A DNA stretch of 64,000 bases from Chrysomallon squamiferum (taxonomy: Eukaryota; Animalia; Mollusca), in NCBI GenBank assembly GCA_012295275.1, contig CM022671.1, forward strand, positions 32,922,001 through 32,986,000. Direction: 5' to 3'. How positions within the stretch are numbered: the first letter of the stretch is position 1; every line of letters begins with the position of its first letter. The translations under genes and the position numbers were made by a program. This document shows, in pieces, positions 30,290 through 42,643 of the stretch. Under the pieces are notes generated by a model that saw only the letters and a program-made list of their open reading frames with translations, did not search any database and was not told the origin of the DNA.

Positions 30290-30385
30290 CCAGTTGTTTG
30301 AACTCTGGCTGGAACGGGAAATAGCTTACTGGATCGACCAAGACAAATACTGCACGGACGCTTTACCGCTGAGCTACACCTGCTT
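30290..30385 (-). mobile_element. tRNA-derived SINE remnant (head)
   Basis: Minus strand 30360-30380 reads GGTGTAGCTCAGCGGTAAAGC (tRNA 5' half/A-box). The body motif GCTGGAACGGGAAATA (30308-30323) recurs at 15032-15047. Confidence 0.55.
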
Positions 30386-31815
30386 CAGTTGAACTACAGA
30401 GTTAAATGCAACACAGTTACTGGTAACGAGATACAGTCTGTATCCAATTAAAGCAGAAGCTACAAAACACGAAACATTTCAAAATAAATGTAATAATAAT
30501 AATAACAAACAAATTAAAAAAAATATATATATATATATATATCAAAACAAAAAACACAATAAAACTTTCCAAATACTAAAAAAAAACAATTGGTTTTATT
30601 TATAACGTTGTTATGTTATTGATTCTTGGTAGCCTATAGGTGTTACAACGGTAAAAAGAACAATAAGACAAATTATTAGTAATCTGACAATACAGTGAAT
30701 AAAGGAAACGTACGATATATATATTATTTTACGCAAAACAATGGGGCATTAAATATAAAGTCAGGGAGAAAAAGGCCCAGCCATAGGCGTCTTGCCCTAT
30801 GCAAAGTTGAAATTCTTGCTCCGTTCTGAACTCATACATCAGTCAATCAGTTTTACTGACAAAAGTAAGTCAAATTATTCACATCTTTCTATATCAATCA
30901 CTGGCAGACATGTTTCTTTCATAAAAGAAAATACATACTTTTTTTTTTCTACTGTTATTAGTACTGCTTCCATTGTCACTAATTTTTTTTTTAATTACAT
31001 CTAGAAGAACACATGGAGTGATTTAGAGATAAATTATTTTATTATTACAGTTGGACCACTTTACATCGCGTTGTAACAGCAGTTAAAGACATCAGCTGTT
31101 TATTTGAACTTCATGTCCTGTCTCTAACAGAGTATGAAACATAAATCAAATGTCAAATCAGCGTGATGGTTGATATATGAAGGAAGATATGAGAGAGAGA
31201 GAGTGACTGATACTGTAATAGTAAGCTATGAAAAGAAAATTAACAATATTCTGAATGAACGAACGAATAAATGTAGCAGTCAGTATATCAGTGGATCGGA
31301 AAATGAATAATTAATGAATAAATGAAAATCGCATATGCACTCGCTCATGCATACATATACAAACACACACATATGCGCGCGCACACACACACACACACAC
31401 CACCACTTTGAGGGACTGTAAGATGGAGTTTTAATTAGTTACGTACAGGATATTTCTGACAACAATTTATTAGACCAGTTTCACAGACAACGAGGACCGA
31501 GAACAACAACTCTGAATAGCACGTACCACGGAATTTAAATATATTTCTTCATTAAAATAGAAAGATTATATGATAACTTGTTAACAAATTTTTGTTCTCA
31601 TGTTTCAGCTGTTATTTCCCTTACATTGCTAATGAATGATGATATTTAACATCAATCTAAACACTGTATAACTGTAATAAATATAATAAGACATTTTATC
31701 GGAAATGTCGAAAAACTAATCATCCCAGCCATTTGGACAGTTTTCACGTTATCATGGAAAGATCAGAGTTATTACGTGTGCTGTATTAATTATCAGGTTT
31801 TATGAGTATTTGGTC

Positions 31816-31851
31816 TATTTAAAGTCTGGACGAGCAGAAAAACAAGCAGTT
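31816..31851 (+). promoter_or_regulatory. Candidate core promoter of the Cys-rich peptide gene
   Basis: TATTTAAA at 31816-31823 lies about 30 nt upstream of an Inr-like GCAGTT (31846-31851), shortly before the ATG at 31869. A possible acceptor CAG at 31865-31867 leaves an upstream UTR exon as the alternative. Confidence 0.35.
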
Positions 31852-31868
31852 TTAAAATCAGTTTCAGG

Positions 31869-32574
31869 ATGAATCGCGCCTTTCTCTTGTTGACGGTTAT
31901 TGTGCTTCTTCATGAAGTAGTTTACAGTCAGAGAATTATACGTGAGTATTCGTATATCATTTACACACAGGTATATATGTACACACTATATGTATACTTA
32001 GACACGTATGTTTTTATGTTATATATGTCGTATATGTTTCTTTGCCTGAGTGATGGTTTTGCCTCTTTCAAAACTTCTGTATTAATGTGGCTGGTGTGGA
32101 CTAGTGTTTCATATTACTCAGAAGAAATGGATCTGAGAATGTGTGTATATGTGTGTATATGTGTAAATGCATACATACATATGTATGTGTGATATTCAGT
32201 TCAATATTCAGTTATTTTATTTGGACGATTCCATTAATGAAATAGCAAAACGTCTTTCGTATATATCTTTCCATATTATTTCTTTATATATTTATCATCA
32301 TAATCGTCGTCATCATCATCATCATCATCATAATCATCATTATTATTATTAATAATAATAATAAATTTGCAGCCTGCAATGAAAAAAGTCAGTTCTGTGG
32401 AGATCCTAGATCTAACGAGTGTCCTCAGGACACTGGTAGAGTGATGGGTGCAGTCTGTGAAGACGGTTCACCGTGCTGTTTTGGAGTCGATCCTTGCCTT
32501 TGGTCTTACTGTCCGTAAGTGACATCATAAAGTATTATTATTGTTATTATTACTATGATTATTATTATTATTAT

Positions 32575-32606
<32 letters not shown>

Positions 32607-32726
32607 CCAGGATCAGCAGCAATAGTAGTTGTACTAGTCGTAGTAGTTGTAGTAGTCGTAGATGTAGTAGTAGTAGTAATAGTAGTACCAGGATCAGCAG
32701 CAATAGTAGTTGTAGTAGTCGTAGTT

Positions 32727-32762
<36 letters not shown>

Positions 32763-33320
32763 ATCGTAGTAGTAGTAGTAATCGTAGTACTACGGCAGTA
32801 GCAATAGTAATGAAGTGGAGTAGTAAGAATAATAATAATCTTCAGAGGAAATTAGCAGCAAGAGATATTATAAGCGAATGTTTACGTAAACATGATAGTA
32901 TGTTCCATGTAACTGTATTTGAATGTCAGCATGTAGCTCAGTTGAAAAAAAAAGTGGCTTGTTTATCAAAGACTGTGTATGATGTGTGTTTTCTATGAAC
33001 GTACATACGACAGATCACTTGCTGCTATCTAAAAAAAAAAAAGTCAAAAAGTAGCCAGTTACGCTCTCTTCTCATCTTTTGTTTCGTTATCTGTGTGGTT
33101 CTTTACAGCATTTTTTACACTGTATGGAGGAGGTAAAAAAAAAATATGTTTCCTAAATAAAAAGATTTCTTCCTTCCTTATAATGTCAGATAGGCGAAAT
33201 TTATGAGAGAAGAAGAATTTTTATTTTTACAGTAATATATATATATATATATAGATATAGATTATTTTTTTTTTTTTCAGCCCATCACCCCCGCCAATTC
33301 TTGAGAACAACGAGGACTGA
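31869..33320 (+). CDS. Secreted cysteine-rich peptide (84 aa, 8 Cys, beta-defensin-like spacing); exons 31869-31941, 32373-32514, 33281-33320
   Basis: Exon 1 is signal peptide MNRAFLLLTVIVLLHEVVYS-QRII, ending at C|GTGAGT (phase 1). Exon 2 follows TTTGCAG and reads PCNEKSQFCGDPRSNECPQDTGRVMGAVCEDGSPCCFGVDPCLWSYC, ending at CC|GTAAGT (phase 2). Exon 3 follows (T)nCAG and reads PPSPPPILENNED*. Phases join cleanly (255 nt). Confidence 0.8.
32577..32790. repeat. (AGT)n-based imperfect repeat in intron 2 of the Cys-rich peptide gene
   Basis: Direct reading; ACCAGGATCAGCAGCAATAG is duplicated internally. Confidence 0.85.
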
Positions 33321-33953
33321 GAACAACAACTATGAATAGCAGCAGCAAAAATAAATACCAACAACACTGACTAACACACGGACAACAGGACAAATGTTAA
33401 GAATAGCAGCCTGGACATAAGAGCAAAAACAAAACAAACAAACAAACAAACAAAGAAAAAAAATAATAAATAAATAAATAAATAAAAAATGATGATAATT
33501 ATTGTTATTTTTTTTACTGGATGTCAGAACTCTTATATATTAGTAATGCACGTGAATGAGAAAGTACGTCATCTGCGCATTCACCTGTTGACATGAACTG
33601 TTAATGTACTCACAAATAATGTACTCATTTTTAATGTAACAAAACAGTATAACTACTATCATAAGTACATTTGAGTGATCAAGTATTTTACTGTTTAAAA
33701 ATACCAATCACTTTTTTCTAGTTAATTTGTAATTAGATAGAAAATTCGCCTTATTAATGCCTTAACTATACCTGAGCTAATGACAATAGTTAAATCTGAA
33801 CTGAAGCACCAAATACTATGAATCTTTATAAACACTTGATAACATTTATATGTAATGACCTTTCTTTGTTTTACGCATGTTGAAAGCATCAAGAGAGAAT
33901 TGAAAAATTACTTTTAATGAGTGACAAAAATGAATGCAAAACCTGAAAACCAC

Positions 33954-33984
<31 letters not shown>

Positions 33985-34014
33985 AATAAATAAAAAAAAA
34001 TATATATATATATA

Positions 34015-34049
<35 letters not shown>

Positions 34050-35482
34050 ATTTAAAAAGTAAAAGAAGAAGAAGAAGAAGAAATAATGGGATATCATTTG
34101 ACTGAAAAAATATTAACAAAAAGAAATTTAAAAATAAAAAAGAAACAACTAATAGGCGGCCATTGTGAATTATGACGTCACCTAACCATCAAATATTAAT
34201 TTTAATTCTACATATGATGACCTATATCCATACTTAGAGTCATGTTATTATCACACTTTACAGAGGACTAACAGATAACACAACATGACATATCTGCAAA
34301 TTTACAGATATATATATACATATATTAACATTGCTAGGTTCGAAATAACGCAACGAAGAGTCAATGCTGAAGTTGAATACCATTAGAAACTTTACTTGAG
34401 TAGTTTTTATCACCATAGGCACACAACTAGCTATTATTATTATCATATTATTGTTGTTGTTGTCACAGAAAGTTAACGTAATTTTTCTACCTTTTGAGTT
34501 ACGTCAAGCGTAAAAGGGAAACATTTAATAATAACATAAAGTGTAGAACATATACGACTTACGTAATATTAAACGTTTGGTAATTGTTAAACGTTTATAT
34601 GGTAATTTATGTTATTAACATTTTATATATAGCGATGTCAGCAACAAAACAAAATCAGTTTTTAAAATGTCATCGTATCACCCCGAGTGTTAAGTAGGCT
34701 TGATGGCAGATTTAATTTCAGAATATTTTAGGATCAACTTCTGCCATATTAATGTCTAATTAATTAATTAGCGCAATTTAAAGAAACAATGTCGCAAACA
34801 AACGCAACAAAAACAATCAATGCACTAGTAAAAGAAAAAGAAAAATTTTGTATAAGAAATTTACCAGCATTTAGGTTTTTGTATATTTGTCGTTTTAATT
34901 ATCGGTTTCAGATCTGCTAGTTCAGTGTGTCTGCAATTTTGTCTTTTTACTTTATATGTATATATACAGATATGTATGTAAAATATCAGACTGGTGGAAT
35001 TAAATAAACCCCCTAAATTGTGGACAATTGTTCATTATAACAAATGGAAAATCTATCATGTCACCTCAGACAAGTGAAATTTTGATCTGATGTTGTCATT
35101 TTTATTAGCGCTGCTGTTGAAAGTAGTAGATGCAGCAACAGTAGCAGTAGTAATAGTGGTAGCAACAGCAGCAGTAAAAGAAGTAATACTGGTAGCAGTA
35201 GTATAATAAGAATGGTAATAATAGTAGTAGTCGTTGTTGGAAGTGGTGATGGTAAATCTGTTAGGAAATGCAGTTTTAGACTCACAAATATCATAAGTAA
35301 GTAATGGTAGTAGTAATAGTTGTATTAGTTCTTCTTTATACGGAACGAAATAATTATTTGTTCAAACACCATCATCATCACATAGTTAACAAAAAACCTT
35401 TCACAACAGTGAAGAAAAATAGAGTGCTCCGGCAAAGGTGTAAGTTACAAAAGAAGATAGCTTGCCAGAGAAGATTGACATT

Positions 35483-38400
35483 ATGCGAGTGGCGTTAACG
35501 AAAGTAACAGGATTAATTCGTCTTCTGAAAAGACACAAATATTCTGATCAAGTGTAAGATGTTTTTAAATTGTACTGTCATTTCCCCTCATACTCAATTG
35601 TCTGTAGTTATTTTGTTAACATTATATGGTCTCAACCCAGCTTTATTTTTTACCACACAAATAAATGTAAACATTTGCCGGATTTGGGGTGTCAGTCACT
35701 TTGTATGTATTAATAGGTGTGCAGCGATCTCGTGGTTTGTAAATAAAAGGATACTCACTTTTAAAAGTTATTGTTTATCGACAAGGTTGTCCACAGTAAG
35801 AATGAATATATATTCGAACAAAATGTCACAAACTATTGTAGTATATCATTAAATATGTATCGTGAAGGCCTTGTAGGTACAAGCTGATATAGCAGCAAAA
35901 CAACCCCAGGAAAAATCCCAGGAATTTATTAAACAAAATGTGTACTTAAAACTAAAAGGCATACAACAATTCCTTTATCACAATGGTACCGTTAATAGGA
36001 TAGCATCTACCAGTCTTTGAAACAGTGGATATGGAGCACTGCTTTTATTGGGAAATTGTTTTAATTATTTTAACAATTTTAGACATAGATCAGGGAAGAA
36101 ACTGTTAAGGGATATAAATATTAAGTAAAACCTTGTGTGATTATTATTATTATTGTTGTTGTTGTTGTTGTTATTAAGTGTATTTATTTATTTCAGAAGA
36201 ATGTCTTTGCGGTCATATATGAAAATATACACTAAAACTGGCGACAAAGGTAAGCTAACAAATCTTTCATGAAAATTTGTTTTGTTTTATGACTAACTTA
36301 CATTTTCTGTAATTGCTAATTGGATACTGTAGGTAATTATGGCAGAGTATCTTAGCCTGAACTTTTACAAATTGTTATGAACATCAACTTGAATGGGAAA
36401 CAGCCCAGTATTCAGATTCATTGCTTATATCAAAAAGACCATTTTTACAAAATAGTAATTCTTTTTTCTTTTTTAATCATATACAAGTATAATAAGATGA
36501 ATGAGCAGTAGAAATACTAAATCAAAATGTGAAGAGTTTTCAAATTTATTAATAAAATTTGCATATGTTTATTTGGAAATGAATTTAACAAAATTCATTT
36601 TCTTTACAGTCAGTTTAAATCACATACTGATACAGATCAATGATCTATGACAATGAATAAAATAATGAGAATGAAGAAATCAAAAAGATTTATTAAGTAA
36701 AAAAATTCATTGGATGTTTTTATTCATCTAAAAGACTGAAAAAATAACTTTTTTTATACTAAATATATATATAAATAAAAAAATATTTAAATTGAGCCTA
36801 ACAGCTGACATCAGCAATGTTTTCTTTTAATATAAATTATTGCTCAGATATAAATTATTAATTGGCCACTTATGTAGAAAATATGCATATATTCATCTGT
36901 ATAAACAAAGTGTGTAGATACATAACAGCTGGTTGTAAAACAAATTTTGAATTTATAACGGCTAGCACATCAAACAAAAAGATATTTCACAAACTCACAT
37001 GTATTCTTTGGGCTACTTTAGTGTTACCAGCCTGATATTTATGGTGTTATTAATTCAGGTACGTCTGCTACTTTTACTGGACAAAGACTAATGAAAGATG
37101 CTGAGGTTTTCCATGCCTTAGGAACAACAGATGAACTTTCATCTGCTATTGGGTACAGTTTATGTTATTCATAAATATCATATATGTTTGTTAGATATAT
37201 ATCCTTTGAGCATTATAAGACAGATAACAAGAAATGAGTGGTAAATTAAAAATCTGAAGATACCACTGAGTGATATATAAACAAACAATCATTCATGCAG
37301 AAGCAGACACATACACAATTTTTTTAATTGTTATGTTATTTCTTTTCTTTAATTTTTTTCTTTTTATATTTTTTTCAAAATTTCATTTCATTTCTTTTAT
37401 TTAAATTCATTTCTGTTTATATATATTTTTATTTTGTATTTTGTTTTATTTAAATTTTTATATACATTTTTTCTTTTATTCTGTTTTAATTCATTTTTGT
37501 TAACATATTTTTTTTTTTTTTTAATTTTATTTAAATTTTTGTATATATATTTTGTCAAGATTAGCTGCAGAATTTGGCTCTGAAGCAGGCCATGATTTTA
37601 TTGATAAACTTGAAAACGTAAGTCTTCATGTTTCTCTTTATCTTGCTTTTTGTTCTGTTCTATAGTAGTCATTATTTTTAAAATAATATTAATTTGTATT
37701 TAATTATTAACTAGTGTTACCTTTATTCTTCACAGTATAGCAGTACAAAGTGGAAGAGTGTTTTATACATTCATGCTGACTTAATGCATTACTGATACAC
37801 ATATTCATCTGTCCTTTCTCAAAACATACCTCTTGTTTAACTATTAACTATTTTATGTTTGTTTGTTTGTTTGTTTGTTTTTGTTTATTTATTTATTATA
37901 AATAACTCATTATTTCTTTACTTTATCATTTTCATTTCTTGATCTCAGATTCAGTGTATGCTTCAAGATGTGGGTTCCTGTGTTGCCACACCCTCTAGTT
38001 CAGCCAGGGAGACACACAAACGTAAGTGTGTGGAGTGTTTTAAATTTATATTGTGCCATTAAATTATTTAACAATCTCAATGCATCTTTTTTTTTTCTTT
38101 AGTTTGTTGTGTTTATTTCAAGTAATTATCAGCAGAAATAAATAATTTTTTGACTGCAAGAAAACACACATACTTTAAAACAAAACGAACAAACCAGTCA
38201 TTTGGAAATAATTAACATGCAGGACTTTATTAGTGTTGACCTTATGTTATTAGCATATTTAAACAATAGAAATTGAAAAGTGATTATTTTAATTGTTGAA
38301 AATTGCCTAATTTATGCCATACCAGTAGTTTGTTGCTCCATATTATTATTATTATGATTATTATTATTATTCATTATCATAATTTTAACATATATAACCA

Positions 38401-38634
38401 AAAAACAATATGAAGAAAATAATAAAATATTGTTAGCTAAATATATTAATAACTCTCATTTTAGAGAAGACCAAATTTGACTTTTCTAATGTGGAAAAAT
38501 TGGAAACATGGATTGATGAAATGACAGAGGAGTTACCACCCTTGAAGAACTTTATTTTACCTGTATATAAGTGATAAATCAGAAATGAGATTAAATTATA
38601 TAAATGCATAAATAAAAACATACATATAATTATA

Positions 38635-38689
<55 letters not shown>

Positions 38690-40612
38690 ATATATATAGA
38701 TAAAGATATATGGATTATGCTTTGTATAAACAAATAGATTGGCATCCACCAAGTGGATGCCATCTATTTTCAAAAATCTAAATCTCAGTCATTTTAATTT
38801 TTTTTAAATAATAAATGTCTTTTATAAAATTATAAAAATATAAGAATTTTTTTTTTTTTTTTTTAAGAATAAATCAGATAATCCCCACTTTTTCCTTTTT
38901 TTTGAAAATTAATTATATATATATATTTATATATATTTTTTTTACAGTCAGGAGGAAAAACAGCGGTCTCTCTACATCTTGCCAGAACAGTGTGTAGGAG
39001 GGCAGAGAGAACGTAAAATATTTTTACTAACTATTTATTTAACTTTTTTTAATTTCATTTTATAATACATATCCCCAGTGCAGATTTCTTATCTTTTATA
39101 TGGTTATTGTAATCTGTTACCAATTCGTGGTCAGATTAAGATTAGTTCCTGATACATGAACAGTTTAGGATCAGAACATTCATTATACAGTCAGTGCAGG
39201 AATAATTCATTATACATGGTCATTTTAGAATCAATTCCTAATATATGGTCCATTGCTGGCATCTAGTCAGTTTAGGATCAGGTCATTATGATGGTCAGAT
39301 TAGGATCAGGTCATTATGATGGTCAGTTTAGGATCAGATCATTATGATGGTCAGATTAGGATCAGGTCATTATGATGGTCAGTTTAGGATCAGGTCATTA
39401 TGATGGTCAGTTTAGGATCAGGTCATTATGATGGTCAGTTTAGGATCAGATCATTATAATGGTCAGTTTAGGATCAGTTCATTATGATGGTCAGTTTAGG
39501 ATCAGTTCATTATAATGGTCAGTTTAGGATCAGTTCGTTATAATGGTCAGTTTAGGATCAGGTCATTATAATGGTCAGTTTAGAATTGATTCATTTGGAG
39601 GCTAGCTGAACTAAATTTCTTTTGACTCACAACTGACTTATCAAAGATATGAACCTTCACCTTGTTTCCTATTCCAGTCAGTTTGTTGTCACTGGTTTGG
39701 AACCCAAATAAAGCTCTGATTTGTGCAAGCTGCTCCATCTTTTTGCTAGGACACGGTGTTTTTAAACATAAATAAGCATGGAATGATGTTGAATGTCTGA
39801 ATTGTCAAAATTATGTACCAAATGGTTTCAGTTCACATGGTTTGTTGGACAAAGATTTGTTGAATGCAGTTCGCAGTCTCTTGTGATTCAACCAAAACAA
39901 CAGTCCCTGTAAAAATCATATAAAACTGCTGTACAACAATAAAATTATTTATTCTGGAGAAAATAATATCACTTTGACTGTCCACTTTAGCAGTGGAGTA
40001 ATAATTAAAAATGATGCCTGCATCCACTTTCAGTAAGTGTCACTGATCTAAAGGACATATTTATTTAAAAACAGTTGGGATTCTGAAAAGTGTCCATACA
40101 TCATAGGTAGAGCTGTTCATTTCAGGGGACTGCTAAAGACTGGGACCATTGTATTTAGTCTTTTGCCTTTGATTAAATCAGTAGACATTTATATAATTAA
40201 TTTCAGTGTACTAGTTTTTTTTCTTTTTTCTCAGGGTTTTACCTTTAATCCGAGATGGGGAAACAGATGAAATTGTCTTGCAATTCCTGAACAGGTTTGA
40301 TACATTTTGTTTGCATTGTCATCCTGGATACAAAGCAGAATGAAAAAAGTTATATTTGATATTAAATACATTTTAAGTGAAAAAGATCATGTATATTGTT
40401 ATATTATTATTATTAGCATTATTATTGGCATTATTCTTATAATTTGTCAGTATCATTATTAGCATAGTCATTTTTTTTTTTTATATATTATTATTATTTT
40501 ATTTTTTTACAGACTAAGTGATTTTTTGTTCACTATGGCAAGATTTGCTGCAATGAAGGAAGGGAAAGTGGAGAAAATTTACAAAAGTTCACAACAAAAA
40601 ACTGATACGTGA
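35483..40612 (+). CDS. MMAB: Mitochondrial cob(I)alamin adenosyltransferase (PduO-type), 223 aa; exons 35483-35553, 36197-36249, 37059-37152, 37560-37617, 37949-38021, 38465-38562, 38948-39012, 40235-40294, 40513-40612
   Basis: Nine GT-AG-bounded exons join in frame (672 nt). Diagnostic motifs: [79 protein letters not shown]. Exon 1 ([21 protein letters not shown]..) looks like a basic mitochondrial presequence and is less certain than the rest. Confidence 0.93.
39266..39583. repeat. 28-bp minisatellite, about 11 copies, in MMAB intron 7
   Basis: Unit GTCAGTTTAGGATCAGGTCATTATGATG at exact 28-bp spacing (39266, 39294 ... 39546). Degenerate copies extend back to about 39128. Confidence 0.95.
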
Positions 40613-41786
40613 ATCCTAACTGAAACATGTTTATTTGACACTCAGACAAAACCAGCCTCTCTTTCATTCTCTGTGTCTCTCTGTTTGTCTCTCAGATTCT
40701 GTGTGGGTGTGGGTGTTTTCAGTTATAATTACTTATGGTATATTTTTCTTCTTCTTCTTTTTCCTTTCTAGCACCAGCATTTTTTTAAAGAAATAAAATT
40801 AAAAAAATATAATGATCACAACATATCATGTATATAGCATATAAGACAAGCTTTTTTCTTTTATTTTAAACGTAACTTTTTGTTCGTTAATTATAAAATC
40901 CCACTCTTAATATCCTCTGGTATAGCATGCCCTGTGGTACTGGAGAACAGCACTTTAAAATACACAACATTGTGTTGCTTAGCAGTGTAAGTAACAACAA
41001 TTATGCAACATGTCAATGGGTGGTTGGTAAATGACTGCTGGTCAGTAAATGTTAGACTAAAGTTAGCCTTGAACAGTGAATATAGCTAAAAACCGGTATT
41101 TTAAGTGAAAATCCTGAAGACCCTCTTATACATCAACATTATATAGTACATGTATTTTTATAGATTACTTTAATAATATGTTTTTTACACTTTCTATTAT
41201 TCCATTATTTGCTGCCGAAAAAGTATTAAATGTCTAGAGGCTTTAAAGCAAATTATTATTATTTTTTTATTTTTTTTCCCCACAATATGTTCAAAATGTT
41301 TACTATTACCTGAATCTGTTCCAGAGATAACCATAAAATGAGTCTTTTGCCACATTTTCAGTATTTTCAGTTAACATGAAGCAACAGACGAAGAGTCGTA
41401 CTGACTTTTTGTGTTGTATTTTGTTTATATTATTAAAATCAGTTTTGGATCACTGTTTAAAGTATTTAATAAATGTATATCAGTTTGCTTCTGCTTTTTT
41501 TGTATTCATATTTATGTTATTTTTGCTTAATTTTATATATTAATAATTATCATAATCATTATTCTTTTGTTAATTTATCATTATTTTCTATTTATTTATT
41601 TTAGAGCTGGGATGATGATAAAACAAACAATAATTTATAACATTAGATCATTTTTGTAATAATCAACTTTCATCAAATATAATCTTTGAAAATATCAAAT
41701 AAAACCTGAACAGATATTTTGATACAGACCTTTTTGTGGTTTTGTTTTTCTCTTTTTCTTTGGGTTTCCTTGTTTGTTTCTTTATT

Positions 41787-41818
<32 letters not shown>

Positions 41819-42643
41819 GTTTTGGGGGTTTTTGGGTTTTTTTTTTTTTTTTTTTTGAAATTAATTTATATATATATTTGTTTTGGACTTTTGGGGGGAA
41901 GTTGTTTGTTTGTTTTCTTTTTTTCTTTTTTTTTATTATTGACTTAAGGGGGCTTATATAACTGACGTCACCTAGGTGTATGATTATGACGTAGCTTAAT
42001 TCAATGAGATTTTCGTCCCGGTACAATTGTAAATAAAAGGGGTAATGTATGTTCATTATTTTTCTTATTAAATTACTAACTATCTGCCGGAATAATAATT
42101 AAAATACACATGAATATAAGCTCTCTAGTATATTATTATTATTATTAAAATTAAAAGTCATATACGGCCGCTTGGAGCGCTCGCTACCAATTTTTTTTAA
42201 ACTTTTTTTTTATATCACTTTTAATTAATTCCCAGTCGCTAAATGTTACGCTAACTAATTTTACATGTTTAAAGATAGTGAGACCATATAACAGTTTACT
42301 ATTTAGAGTAATTCGATATAAACATCTAACTGCATATCCGAAAACGAGGCGTAAGAGGGAATTGATCGTAATTTTATAGCTCTTTTAACTTACTATTGTA
42401 CGATTGTTAAACTGATCTCTTAAAAGTAAGAATAAATAAGATATTAATTACTAAGACAGAAAATAATATGATTATATTAGCCATATCTCTTTTGTCTTTG
42501 TTTATTTATGTACTTTTATACATCCATTTTTATTGGTGTTATTTACCCCCCACCCACCCCCAATTTTCAGTTGTCTACAGTGCCAAATTGTCATTAAAAA
42601 AATTGTCCTCTGTTTTCAGAATGACAGTTCATAAAACTGTAAC

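Noticed and set aside
30360-30380. tRNA gene
   Set aside because: Only a 5' tRNA-like stretch with no complete cloverleaf, followed by body motifs shared with other repeat copies; treated as a SINE.
34154-34181. GGCGGCCATTGTGAATTATGACGTCAC as a YY1/CRE promoter element for MMAB
   Set aside because: It lies 1.3 kb upstream of the ATG and TGACGTCA recurs elsewhere (about 41963, 45516); it cannot be distinguished from repeat-derived sequence.
33400-35480. Head-to-head MVK gene, as in the vertebrate MMAB/MVK locus
   Set aside because: No mevalonate kinase motifs found on the minus strand upstream of MMAB.
39266-39583. CRISPR-like appearance of the 28-bp repeats
   Set aside because: Units are head-to-tail with no unique spacers, there are no cas genes, and the array lies in a eukaryotic intron.
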